A DNA stretch of 64,000 nucleotides from Candidatus Kapaibacterium sp. (GCA_963665665.1 OY762428.1:1344001-1408000), one strand, 5' to 3'. Shown: positions 1 to 9,313, counted from the first letter of the stretch. Program-made: numbers and translations. Notes: a model not told the origin generated them from the letters alone.

Positions 1-363
1 GAAACAAATCTTGACTATGGAATTTTTCAGAACCACGGCTATAAAGGGCTGTATGGAGGCCTTGATCAAAAAGCAATTCATAAACTTAAGGGACTAAAGA
101 AGAGTCAGAAAATTCTTGATCACATGGGTAGTACCGAATTGGCGGCTAATTTATTCAGGGCAACCCAAACTGAAGAAAAGCTGAAAAAGGATAATATTAA
201 AGATAAAAGGCTGGCAAATAAAACTCATTATAATGTTGGAAAAGAAGTAAGGAATACCATAAAAAAAATCGGGGGTGAAATGCCGGAAAACATGCCGACT
301 GAAGACAGCATTAAAAAAATTGAAAGAAAAGAAGCAAAAGAACTGAAATCCAAAAAATCCTGA
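1..363 (+). CDS. dinD: DNA damage-inducible protein D family, 3' part (truncated by window start)
   Basis: Frame 1 is open from base 1: ETNLDYGIFQNHGYKGLYGGLDQKAIH...KKSQKILDHMGSTELAANLFRATQTEEKL...GGEMPENMPT, the recognisable DinD C-terminal signature. Confidence 0.9.
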   Translation, partial: ETNLDYGIFQNHGYKGLYGGLDQKAIHKLKGLKKSQKILDHMGSTELAANLFRATQTEEKLKKDNIKDKRLANKTHYNVGKEVRNTIKKIGGEMPENMPTEDSIKKIERKEAKELKSKKS

Positions 364-434
364 TTTTCAACCTACCATATCGGTGACGTCAACGATATGG
401 TCTAAATGTATAAATAAAAAGAGTTAAGAAAACA

Positions 435-584
435 ATGAAAAAAATAGATAATGCCCGGGTTTATCACTTTGACCTGCACGGCAACAGCAAGAAAAAGGAA
501 ACACCCCCTGAGGGCGGAAAGGACGAGAATGTTTTCGATATTATGCAGGGCGTTAGTATTAATATTTTTGTGAAAAAAGGCTAA
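435..584 (+). pseudogene. 49-aa chimeric fragment of the type ISP R-M gene (duplication junction)
   Basis: Reads MKKIDNARVYHFDLHGNSKKKETPPEGGKDENVFDIMQGVSINIFVKKG*. Its ARVYHFDL matches the start of ORF 1497; DLHGNS..KDENVFDIMQGVSINIFVK resembles the conserved segment of type ISP-like N6-MTases. Confidence 0.7.
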
Positions 585-684
585 TGCAGATATGTCAATA
601 ATTAACAATCCTGATTTTAAAGTGGCCTAATTTGACCACTTTAAAGTAAATTGTCAAATTATAAATTAATCTATTAGGTGTATA

Positions 685-1494
685 GTGAAAAATACAAAAA
701 TTGTTGTTCTCGGCAGTGAAATAACTGTACATCAGATAAAAGAACAGGACTATATATCTTTAACAGATATGGTAAAAGATATTGAAAACGGATTGGCTCT
801 TATTGAAAAGTGGCTTCGTAATAAAAATACAATTGAGTTTTTGGGTATCTGGGAAGAAGTCTATAATCCCGGCTTTAATTCCCCCGAATTCGAGGGAATT
901 AAAAATCAAGCAGGTTTGAACAGATTTATTTTGTCAGTAAAACAATGGGTAGCAAAAACAAATTCTATCGGCATTATTGCTAAAGCAGGTAGATACGGTG
1001 GCACTTATGCACATAAGGACATTGCTTTCGAATTCGCTTCATGGGTATCACCACAATTTAAAATTTACCTTATCAAAGAATTTCAACGCCTGAAAGAAGA
1101 GGAGCAAAAGCATTTAGGCTGGTCTGCCAAACGCGAACTGGCAAAGATCAATTACCACATACACACGGACGCCATCAAAGAAAACCTGATACCTAAGGAA
1201 CTCACGCCGAAGCAAACTTCTGTCATTTATGCCAGCGAGGCCGACGTGCTGAATATGGCATTGTTCGGAATTACCGCTAAGCAGTGGCGGGATCAAAACC
1301 CCGGCATGAAAGGCAACATTCGTGACTATGCCTCGATAAACGAATTGATTTGCCTTTCCAACATGGAAAATATCAATGCCGTTTTCATTAATGAGAATAT
1401 ACCCCAAAAGGAACGCCTTATAAAACTGAATAAAATTGCTATACAGCAAATGAGCATTTTAGAAAACATTGAAAACAAAAAATTACTGAGATAA
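685..1494 (+). CDS. KilA-N domain DNA-binding protein
   Basis: DYISLTDM, WLRNKNTIEFLGIWE, GRYGGTYAHKDIAFEFASW motifs; GTG start. Confidence 0.9.
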   Translation: MKNTKIVVLGSEITVHQIKEQDYISLTDMVKDIENGLALIEKWLRNKNTIEFLGIWEEVYNPGFNSPEFEGIKNQAGLNRFILSVKQWVAKTNSIGIIAKAGRYGGTYAHKDIAFEFASWVSPQFKIYLIKEFQRLKEEEQKHLGWSAKRELAKINYHIHTDAIKENLIPKELTPKQTSVIYASEADVLNMALFGITAKQWRDQNPGMKGNIRDYASINELICLSNMENINAVFINENIPQKERLIKLNKIAIQQMSILENIENKKLLR

Positions 1495-2667
1495 CAATGC
1501 CAAAACAAAATGAACACGCCCGGGTTTACCACTTTGACCTTTACGGGAAAAGAAATGAAAAATATGAATTCCTGAAGGAAAATACTCTTGATTCAATCCG
1601 GTGGAACGAGCTTGAAAACAGGAAACCGGAATATTTCTTTGTTAAAAAGGATTGGGAAGAGGAAATAGATTACTGTAAGGGATTTCGTCTAGATAAATTA
1701 TTTGAAAAATATGCTAGTGGTATTAAAACTCATGATGATAAAAATCTAATTTCAAATAAAAAATTCAATGAAAACAATAACAAGTATTTTTATAGACCAT
1801 TTGATGTTCAATTTATCAATTATGATTTGAATAAAGTTAAAAGACATAGATTTTCTTTGATGAAACATCTTATGGTAAATAATATAGCTATCCTTATTCC
1901 GAGACAAGCCATTACTTATCGATTTGGATTTTTTATCAGTAAAGGTTTAACAGATATTAATTATACAGGCACTGCCGGACAATTTGGGGCTGGTTTAACA
2001 TTCCCCCTCTATCTCTACCCCGAGGATAACGGGCAGCAGACTTTAGAGCAGGCAACCACCCCTGCTCCTCCGGCGGAGGGGAATAGGAAACCCAACCTGA
2101 ATATGGAAATTGTAAGCAAAATAGCCGGGAAGATAGGCGCAGGATTCGTTCCGGAAAAATTCCCCTCCGGTGGAGGGGTGGCGAGCGCAGCGAGACGGGG
2201 TGGTGTTTCCGACTCCTCCACCCGAGGGGTGGCCGAAGGCTCCCGACACGTCGGGACAGGCCGGGGTGGTGTTTCTTACTCCAACGGAGGAGATAATGGT
2301 GAGGTTCTGGCCCCGATAGACATTCTCGACTACATATACGCCGTACTGCATTCTCCCGCCTACAGGGAAAAATACAAGGAATTCCTGAAAATAGATTTCC
2401 CGAGGGTTCCCTATCCCAAAAACGCGGACACATTTTGGAAGCTTGTAAAGATCGGCGGCGAACTGCGGCAGATACACCTGCTGGAAAGCCCCGCCGTGGA
2501 AAACTACATAACCCAATACCCCGTTGACGGCGACAACACAGTAGAAAAACCCGTCTATGAACAAGGGGCTTCAGCCCCTTGCACCCCTCATACCGAAGGA
2601 GGGGATGAGGAACAAAACATTTCTTCTGATACAAATTCCCCTCCTCGTGGAGGAGGGGATAAAGGGG

Positions 2668-4023
2668 CATATGCGCTAACTTAGTGAAAATAAGTAATTC
2701 ATACTACTTTGCCTTTTTCGATGTCCTTCTTTTAGGCAATTAGAAACATCATCCCAGTTGTTAATACATTGATACAAAGTAATACCGGGACTGATGATTT
2801 TCAATAAAATATCTTTAACAAATACATTTTCACGCCATTGTGATGTACTCCTTTTATCATTCTCTTTTATTAAACCTGTAGCCCCAGGGGGAAAAACGCT
2901 CACCTTCATCGATAATAGCCTGAGTAAGGAGAGCTGTGATCATCTTAGCATAAAGCCACGCTCGTGCAGAGTTTTTATCTTTTTTTGGTAAATGCCCCAA
3001 GCCAAATTGACTTTTTAGTTTTTTAAATGAAATTTCAACCTGCCATCTCATTCTATATAATTCTAAGATATTATTAGAAGATATATCATTAATCAAAGAA
3101 GTCACCAAAACAATATAATCATTAAGTCCTAAAGCTGTAGAACTGATTGTCTGTTGTTTTCTAGCAAAATTCTTTTTTGCTTTCTTTCTGGATAACTCAG
3201 CTTGCTCCTTGCTTTTTTTGATAGCACATATACGTACAGGAATCTTTTTATTTTTTGAGGAGGAGGAGGAAATATAAAATATTTTGTCAAATATTTGATC
3301 TAACTTTAAACTTTTTAATTCTTTAATAATATCAACTTTATCATTTTTACTATTATATAGTGTAAAACCTTTATGCTTATATCTGACAACAAAATTTGCT
3401 TTCTTTCCGAGAATTTCTGAAATACCCTTATAACTGCAATATGCTCTGTCAATTAAAAAAAGATCAGAAGAGTTAATTTTGAAATTAGATATAGACTCAC
3501 CGACTTTTGGGCTGGTAATAATAAATTCGTCACACTTGAGGTTGAACAGATTATGGCTGTAATGAAGTCTCCAGTCAGTACCTGTTGACCCCGGCTCAGT
3601 AACAACAGACGCATCGATACATCTTACATTGAAATCCGACAGCCATTCTGGGGAATCTAATGATATCCCCCTATTATGAATCAATCCTAATGCAATCCAG
3701 CGAAGCCAATCAGCAGACGTCCTCATTTTTTTTAATAACGCAACATCTGATATATCTATATTTCTTTCATATTTAAGCTTAGTAGCAACCACCCTCATAG
3801 AATGCCCCGTTGCTACATGCATAAGTATTGCTCGAAGTTGCTCAGAAGGTGAATCAAATGCCCTGCGACGTTGGAAAGCCTGGAGTTCTTTAGCCTTTAA
3901 TTCCCATCCCAAAGGAAGTAAGGTTGTAACTACATCCCATTCTTCTATATGCTTGTTGTACTTTTCCATTTACAAATATAAAAAAATTATATATAAAAAT
4001 CAAACACTAAGTTAGCGCTTATG
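2668..4023 (-). mobile_element. IS4-family insertion sequence (1356 bp)
   Basis: 19-bp terminal IRs CATATGCGCTAACTTAGTG and CACTAAGTTAGCGCTTATG (1 mismatch); 11-bp target duplication GGATAAAGGGG at 2657-2667 and 4024-4034. Confidence 0.95.
2857..3969 (-). CDS. IS4-family DDE transposase
   Basis: CIDAS, LIDRAY and the YREK motif LYRMRWQVEISFKKLKS; lies between the IRs. Confidence 0.93.
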   Translation of the reverse strand: MEKYNKHIEEWDVVTTLLPLGWELKAKELQAFQRRRAFDSPSEQLRAILMHVATGHSMRVVATKLKYERNIDISDVALLKKMRTSADWLRWIALGLIHNRGISLDSPEWLSDFNVRCIDASVVTEPGSTGTDWRLHYSHNLFNLKCDEFIITSPKVGESISNFKINSSDLFLIDRAYCSYKGISEILGKKANFVVRYKHKGFTLYNSKNDKVDIIKELKSLKLDQIFDKIFYISSSSSKNKKIPVRICAIKKSKEQAELSRKKAKKNFARKQQTISSTALGLNDYIVLVTSLINDISSNNILELYRMRWQVEISFKKLKSQFGLGHLPKKDKNSARAWLYAKMITALLTQAIIDEGERFSPWGYRFNKRE

Positions 4024-4284
4024 GGATAAAGGGGAGGTCGGAAGAGTTTACATCAACGCCACCCAATACTTCTCGGGCGTACCCGAAGCAGCCTGGAACT
4101 TCTACATAGGCGGATACCAGCCCGCCCAAAAATGGCTTAAAGACCGCAAGGGCCGCCAACTCAGCTTCGAGGATATTTTCCACTACCAGAAAATAATTAT
4201 TGCCCTTACCGAAACAGACAGGCTTATGAAAGAAGTTGATGAGGTGGGGGTGGAGTGAGAATTGAAAAAATTTGAGAACAAAGA

Positions 4285-4899
4285 ATGAAAAATTATGAAG
4301 TAACTTTTGAAATAGCAAAAAAAATAAAAAATACGGATTATCTATCTTTGAAACTTACTGAAGATAGAAATGCTGGATGGGAAGAAGCAATTGATATGTT
4401 CGATAAAAGAATCAAGGAACGTTTTCTTGATCCAATTGATGTATTAATAAAAAACGAAGATTGTTTACCATCTGATCAAAAAAAATTTGGATTTGTGATA
4501 ATGGCTATAGATTTTATGCTAATTGAAACTTTACAATCATTCAGAGAAGGTGTTACAAATTCATCTGGTAAATCAAGAGATTTATTTGTAAGTTTTCTAA
4601 AAAAAGGAAATGCATTTAAGGAATATTTTGTAGATAAATTTAATCCTGAAGAAGTTTATAAAGATTTTCGATGTGGGATCATACATCAAACTCAAACTTT
4701 CAGAAACACAAAGGTGTGGACAATAGGTGATTTAATATTTAAATCTGATGAATTTACCATTATTAATAGAGAACTATTTCATGAGAAAGTTATTAATGAA
4801 TTTTATGAATACAAGGAAAATTTAATAAATTCTTCGAATATTGATCTTCGAAAAAAATTCATCGTAAAAATGGATTACATTAGTGGTAAGGATAATTGA
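4285..4899 (+). CDS. Hypothetical protein with HEPN-like Rx4H motif
   Basis: 204-aa AT-rich ORF with FRCGIIHQ (Rx4H) after a helical region; lies next to an R-M gene. Confidence 0.6.
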   Translation: MKNYEVTFEIAKKIKNTDYLSLKLTEDRNAGWEEAIDMFDKRIKERFLDPIDVLIKNEDCLPSDQKKFGFVIMAIDFMLIETLQSFREGVTNSSGKSRDLFVSFLKKGNAFKEYFVDKFNPEEVYKDFRCGIIHQTQTFRNTKVWTIGDLIFKSDEFTIINRELFHEKVINEFYEYKENLINSSNIDLRKKFIVKMDYISGKDN

Positions 4900-4942
4900 T
4901 AAATCTGAAATTAATTTTTAGAATAATTTGTAGGATTGAGAT

Positions 4943-6574
4943 ATGAGGATAGTATTTATTTCATTATTGTTGATTATAAATTTGAATGATATTGTTGCAA
5001 AAGAATTTTCCGCAAAAGAAATTTTCAATCTCTTTCACAATTCAGTAGCGACAGTTGTTTGCTATGAACAAGGTAAAGTTAGTTCTCAAGGAAGTTGCTT
5101 TTTCATTGATTCAAATATTATTGCAACCAATTATCATGTTGTTGAATGGAGTGATTCTGCATCCATTATTACAAGCTCAAAAGAATCAATTCCAATAAAT
5201 GAATTAGTAGCCTATGATATAAAAAATGATATTGCTCTGTTGAAAGTTGGAAGAAAGTTAGAACAAATGCAACTTCCAAAAATTAATTTTCATTATCCTG
5301 AAATTGGATCAGAATGTTTTGTAATTGGTACGCCAAAGGGGATGGAAAATACCTTTTCCCAGGGAATAATTTCATCCATAAGAACAGAAGACTCAAATAA
5401 TGTTTATATCCAAACAACAGCTCCAATATCTTCTGGTTCAAGTGGTAGTCCTTTATTTCTAAATAATGGAGAGATTTGTGGTATAATAACATCTCAATTA
5501 GTTGACGGTCAGAATATAAATTTTGCCAGACCTGCCAAATTAATTCATTCTTTACCTTTATCAGAATTTACATCACTTGAAAAACACTACAAATATTATG
5601 ATAATATCAGGCATATCAATATAACTACTATTGAGGCAGCCCTACATGCTTATGGTTGGAAATTAACTGATATATCGCCTGAAGATTTTAAAATTATAAT
5701 TACAGAAATTGCTTTATCAATACCTGATTTTAGTAAGGAAACAATTATCGATTTATCAACTGCAAAAAAAATTGTTTCAGATATATTAGGGAGAAAAAAA
5801 GTACCAGTTGAGAATAATGCAAGAAATAAATATATTGATGATTTTTATGATGATTTTTATGATGATTTTTATGATGATTATCATAATAATTATCATAATA
5901 ATTATTATTATGATAATTATTCAAATAACGATAACTATTCAGAGAACTCTTCATACCCTAACTTCATAATTATTAATGGTATAAAATTTTGTTTTGATTT
6001 CCACACTGATATAACTTCAGATTTAATCAATCCAGAAATAAAAAATGGTAAAATGAATATAGCAGTTAGCTTCGAATATGAATTTCTTTTCAGGCTTTAC
6101 AAATATTTTGATATTGGGCTTGGTATTCAAGCAATGCTGCCAAGGGATGTTTATTCTTTTGATGGTGATGGTATGTATAGTGAAGATTTTGTTAAGCAGG
6201 ATTTTTTACTCATACCAATTCATACAATATTTCATTTCAATTTTCTTAATTGGACAGATTTTCATTTCGAGAAATTTATTGCAAGATATACATCAGTCTA
6301 TCTATTAGGAAAATTTGGAATAATTCAATATGGTGAATTAATTGATATTAACGGAAAAAAAATTCTCTGCAAAAATTGGTTTAAAACTCAGGACATTAAA
6401 GATCATTCAGTATTTTCATTTGGTATTGGCTGGTCTGTAGAAAGTAAAAATGGAATTGGTTTCCTAGTAGAATTAACTTATCAGAATTTTACAAATTATT
6501 TTTCATTTGACCAAATGAAAAAGAAGACATTAAAATTAGATCAAATTCAATTCAATTTGGGTTTAAGATTTTAA
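4943..6574 (+). CDS. Secreted trypsin-like (S1C) serine protease fused to a probable C-terminal outer-membrane beta-barrel
   Basis: Signal peptide; catalytic motifs TNYHVV, DIALL, GSSGSPL; D/N/Y-rich linker; amphipathic beta strands ending QFNLGLRF. Confidence 0.8.
   Translation: MRIVFISLLLIINLNDIVAKEFSAKEIFNLFHNSVATVVCYEQGKVSSQGSCFFIDSNIIATNYHVVEWSDSASIITSSKESIPINELVAYDIKNDIALLKVGRKLEQMQLPKINFHYPEIGSECFVIGTPKGMENTFSQGIISSIRTEDSNNVYIQTTAPISSGSSGSPLFLNNGEICGIITSQLVDGQNINFARPAKLIHSLPLSEFTSLEKHYKYYDNIRHINITTIEAALHAYGWKLTDISPEDFKIIITEIALSIPDFSKETIIDLSTAKKIVSDILGRKKVPVENNARNKYIDDFYDDFYDDFYDDYHNNYHNNYYYDNYSNNDNYSENSSYPNFIIINGIKFCFDFHTDITSDLINPEIKNGKMNIAVSFEYEFLFRLYKYFDIGLGIQAMLPRDVYSFDGDGMYSEDFVKQDFLLIPIHTIFHFNFLNWTDFHFEKFIARYTSVYLLGKFGIIQYGELIDINGKKILCKNWFKTQDIKDHSVFSFGIGWSVESKNGIGFLVELTYQNFTNYFSFDQMKKKTLKLDQIQFNLGLRF
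5837..5920 (+). repeat. 12-bp coding tandem repeats (GATGATTTTTAT x3, then CATAATAATTAT x2)
   Basis: Directly visible; encode DDFY DDFY DDFY DDY HNNY HNNY. Confidence 0.85.
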
Positions 6575-6622
6575 TAAATTCAAATTACTTTTTTTAACAA
6601 TTTTACTTATAAAGGGATAAGT

Positions 6623-7108
6623 ATAACTGAAGTAGATATTTTAATTAAAAAAACAGGAATTAATAAAGACCTATGCCTGAAATTCTTCTTTCTTTTCTCA
6701 AGATTCGAATACAGTTTGAAAAGGGCAGGTTATATGAAGAAGGGATATAGGGATATTTGTGAACCTGATTGGAATAAATTTCGTGATAAATACCAAGACA
6801 AAATTGAGGAAGATATTCTGAATGATAGTAGAATTATTTATTTAGTAAATAATCCCCCTAAGCAACAGATAATAAACTCTAAAAATAAAATTGGATGGAA
6901 AGATATTGAAAATAGGAACAAAGTAAAAAAATTGATTTTATCTCTAAAAACCATAAGAAACAATTTATTTCATGGAGGGAAATATCCATGTGGAGAAAAA
7001 GAAGAAGATGGTAGAAATAAAAAACTACTAGAACATGGTATTTATATATTATTATCATTAAAGGATATTGATACAAAAGTTAAAGAATACTTTGAATATG
7101 ATATTTAA
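6623..7108 (+). CDS. HEPN-like protein; start uncertain (ATA 6623 or TTG 6716)
   Basis: IRNNLFHGGK (Rx4H). The frame is open upstream of 6716 and adds KFFFLFSRFEYSLKRAG; AAGGGA precedes ATA 6623. Confidence 0.65.
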   Translation: MTEVDILIKKTGINKDLCLKFFFLFSRFEYSLKRAGYMKKGYRDICEPDWNKFRDKYQDKIEEDILNDSRIIYLVNNPPKQQIINSKNKIGWKDIENRNKVKKLILSLKTIRNNLFHGGKYPCGEKEEDGRNKKLLEHGIYILLSLKDIDTKVKEYFEYDI

Positions 7109-7144
7109 TCCCCCCATCCTCAACTTAATGGCAGATGAGATGAA

Positions 7145-7435
7145 GCCGCCCTGTCCCCCGCTGGCAGTGGACAAATTCCCGATTAATCGGGACAAGCTGG
7201 GGCCGGCAGTAAGTGGAGTTCCGGAAAATTCCCCTCGTTGAGGGGTGGCGAGCGCAGCGAGTTCCCGACACGTCGGGACAGGCAGGGGTGGATTCTTTTT
7301 CTTAACCTCCCTTATCCACGAGCTAAAGCACGTGGCTATTGAACTTGATAAAAGGCGGGGGAGTTAATTCTATGATATTTAATTCTTATCCCCTCCTCGC
7401 GGAGGAGGGGATTATAGGGGAGGTCGGGGGAGGTT
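7145..7435. repeat. Cluster of REP-like palindromic repeats
   Basis: TTCCCCTCGTTGAGGGGTGGCGAGCGCAGCGAGTTCCCGACACGTCGGGACAGGC recurs at ~8960-9020; also a degenerate copy of the 132-bp unit with hairpin TCCCCTCCTCGCGGAGGAGGGGA. Confidence 0.85.
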
Positions 7436-8685
7436 CACACCTGCAATATCTCGGCCATTGCCTGGACGCTCGGTTCGCTGCGCTGCTCCCCGGCGGTGGC
7501 AATTATGTAGTAGTAGTGGCGGGTCTGGGCGGCAACCTCGTAATCAAGGTAGCGTGTGGCGCTGGTTTCCACTATCTTGCTGAACGTTCCCGGAGGGTCG
7601 TTTATGGGGGTTATCGAGCGCCATATCTCATAAAGATCGGCACGTGCGGATTCCGCCCATGTCACTTCCACATTGTTCTGTTCCACCCTCGGGGCGGGGG
7701 CATCGCCCGGGGCTGCCGGCGCTCCGCTGTAGTGGGCATAAACCCAGGCCGGCGGCAGCAGCGTGTCATCAAGTTCGGCTGTGATCGGAGCGGTAAAATC
7801 GCCGTAGCCGTGCTGGTTGCGGGCACGAACGCAGAACTCCCAGTTTCCCGCACCGGGGAAAAAGTTGCTGCTTGTTTCGCTGCCATGATAGCCCTGCTCC
7901 CAGTTGTCCGAGCTCCCGGCAGCACGGTATGCCAGCTGGTAGCTCGTGGCTGTTTCCACTGCATCCCATGAGAAAATTCCCGTATCGAAATTGTAGGTGA
8001 AATCCGCAGGAACGCCGGGAAGCCTGCCGCCATGCCGCGGCCTGGGGTTCACCATGCCGATATAATCAATCCTCGCGTCCTCTTTGCCCATAACGGCAAA
8101 CCACCAGGACTTCAGGGAATTCAGCTTTTTGGTATCATATTCTATCAAATCTGTCAGCTCTGTGGTGGCGTGCTTTGCCTCTGCTCTTTCCACGTCCTGA
8201 GCTTCCAGCGCGGCCTTGAAATCCGTCATTGCCGTGGTCAGCCTTGTTATCAGAACGTCAGGGATAAGATGCACAATCCCTTCGGCCTGATGCCTTGCAT
8301 GAACGTTCAGCACATTTTCCACCCGCGCTATACACTGATACCTTTCCTGCGGGTAAGCCGTATCGAAATCAAAATCCTCCAGGTTCACCGGGTCGTCCAC
8401 GTAGGCGGCCATTCCCGTGCTGCGGCAGTTCTGGTATTCTTCCTCCATTTTTTCTTCTTTCAGCGTAACATCCAGGGTTGCGCCCTCGCTTTCTCCGTGC
8501 TCGGTTTCGGAACCGCTCCATTTCTGCATAAAAATATCATAGCATCCCGAAGCCCATCCGGTAATTTCCGGCGGGGCGTTTAATTCGGGCTGAATAACGG
8601 GCAGGTTTGCCTGTATGGTGTGCAGACGCTCGGCGCGAACGCCGTAAGAATCTCGAGAGAAAATGTTATCAAGGATAATAGCCAT
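7435..8685 (-). CDS. Protein with N-terminal helical region and two C-terminal fibronectin type III-like domains
   Basis: FSWDAVETATSYQLAY..WEFCVRARNQHGYG and VTWAES..YEIWRS..YYYIIA FN3 patterns; AAGGAG RBS upstream; no signal peptide. Confidence 0.75.
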   Translation of the reverse strand: MAIILDNIFSRDSYGVRAERLHTIQANLPVIQPELNAPPEITGWASGCYDIFMQKWSGSETEHGESEGATLDVTLKEEKMEEEYQNCRSTGMAAYVDDPVNLEDFDFDTAYPQERYQCIARVENVLNVHARHQAEGIVHLIPDVLITRLTTAMTDFKAALEAQDVERAEAKHATTELTDLIEYDTKKLNSLKSWWFAVMGKEDARIDYIGMVNPRPRHGGRLPGVPADFTYNFDTGIFSWDAVETATSYQLAYRAAGSSDNWEQGYHGSETSSNFFPGAGNWEFCVRARNQHGYGDFTAPITAELDDTLLPPAWVYAHYSGAPAAPGDAPAPRVEQNNVEVTWAESARADLYEIWRSITPINDPPGTFSKIVETSATRYLDYEVAAQTRHYYYIIATAGEQRSEPSVQAMAEILQV

Positions 8686-8812
8686 AATTATAGCTCCTTT
8701 ATTATTTTGAAAAATAACGGGATTGTATTATCCCGCGGATATTATTTTAAATTTGTTGCTTGATTGCCTCCGGACTTCTTTTTCCGATTGAAGTTATTAT
8801 AGTTGCCGGGAT

Positions 8813-9110
8813 GTCATTCTGAGCGAAGCGAAGGATCCATTCTTTATGCACTATCTGCAAACGAAAATGGATTCTTCTGTCGCTTCGCTCTGTCAGAATG
8901 ACGGATGGGAATGTCCCCCGCTGGCGGGGGTGTCCGAAGGACGGGGGTGGACTTCCGGAAAAATTCCCCTCGTTGAGGGGTGGCGAGCGCAGCGAGTTCC
9001 CGACACGTCGGGACAGGCTGGGGTGGATTCTTCACACACTATCTGCAAACAAAGATGGATTCTTCCGTCGCTTCGCTCCTGAAGCCTGCCCCGACGTGTC
9101 GGGGAATGAC
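8813..9110. repeat. Composite REP-like cluster (GTCATTCTGAGCGAAGCGAAG...CTTCGCTC..TCAGAATGAC plus CCCCTC/GAGGGG and CCCGACACGTCGGG palindromes)
   Basis: Inverted repeats are visible; the same GTCATTCTGA family recurs at 12791-12874 and 55251. Confidence 0.85.
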
Positions 9111-9313
9111 AACATAACACCTCATTCTTTTGCTCAGTTTACCCATTCTTCCACCCCAATGAACAGGCCGCAGGACTTAATTCCCTATCCTGTGGTTTCA
9201 ATGAACCGGATAATTTCCTTACTTCAATGCTGTTTTGAACCAGAATTCAAATGTTTGGGCTAATTGCTTTGTTGGCAGGGCTTTAAACTGCCTTGGCCGG
9301 AGGTATTGAACTA

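Larger units (their letters stand above)
1497..4258 (+). pseudogene. Type ISP-like restriction-modification C-terminal (specificity) part, interrupted by an IS4 element
   Basis: Contains YRPFD and DILDYIYAVLHSPAYREKYKEFLKIDFPRVP. After the IS (4024-4258) the frame resumes as GRVYINATQYF..WNFYIGGYQPAQKWLKDRKGRQLSFEDIFHYQKIIIALTETDRLM..*. Confidence 0.85.

Noticed and set aside
7339-9263. Short ORFs overlapping the REP clusters and antisense to the FN3 gene
   Set aside because: They are translations of GC-rich palindromic repeats or antisense shadows.
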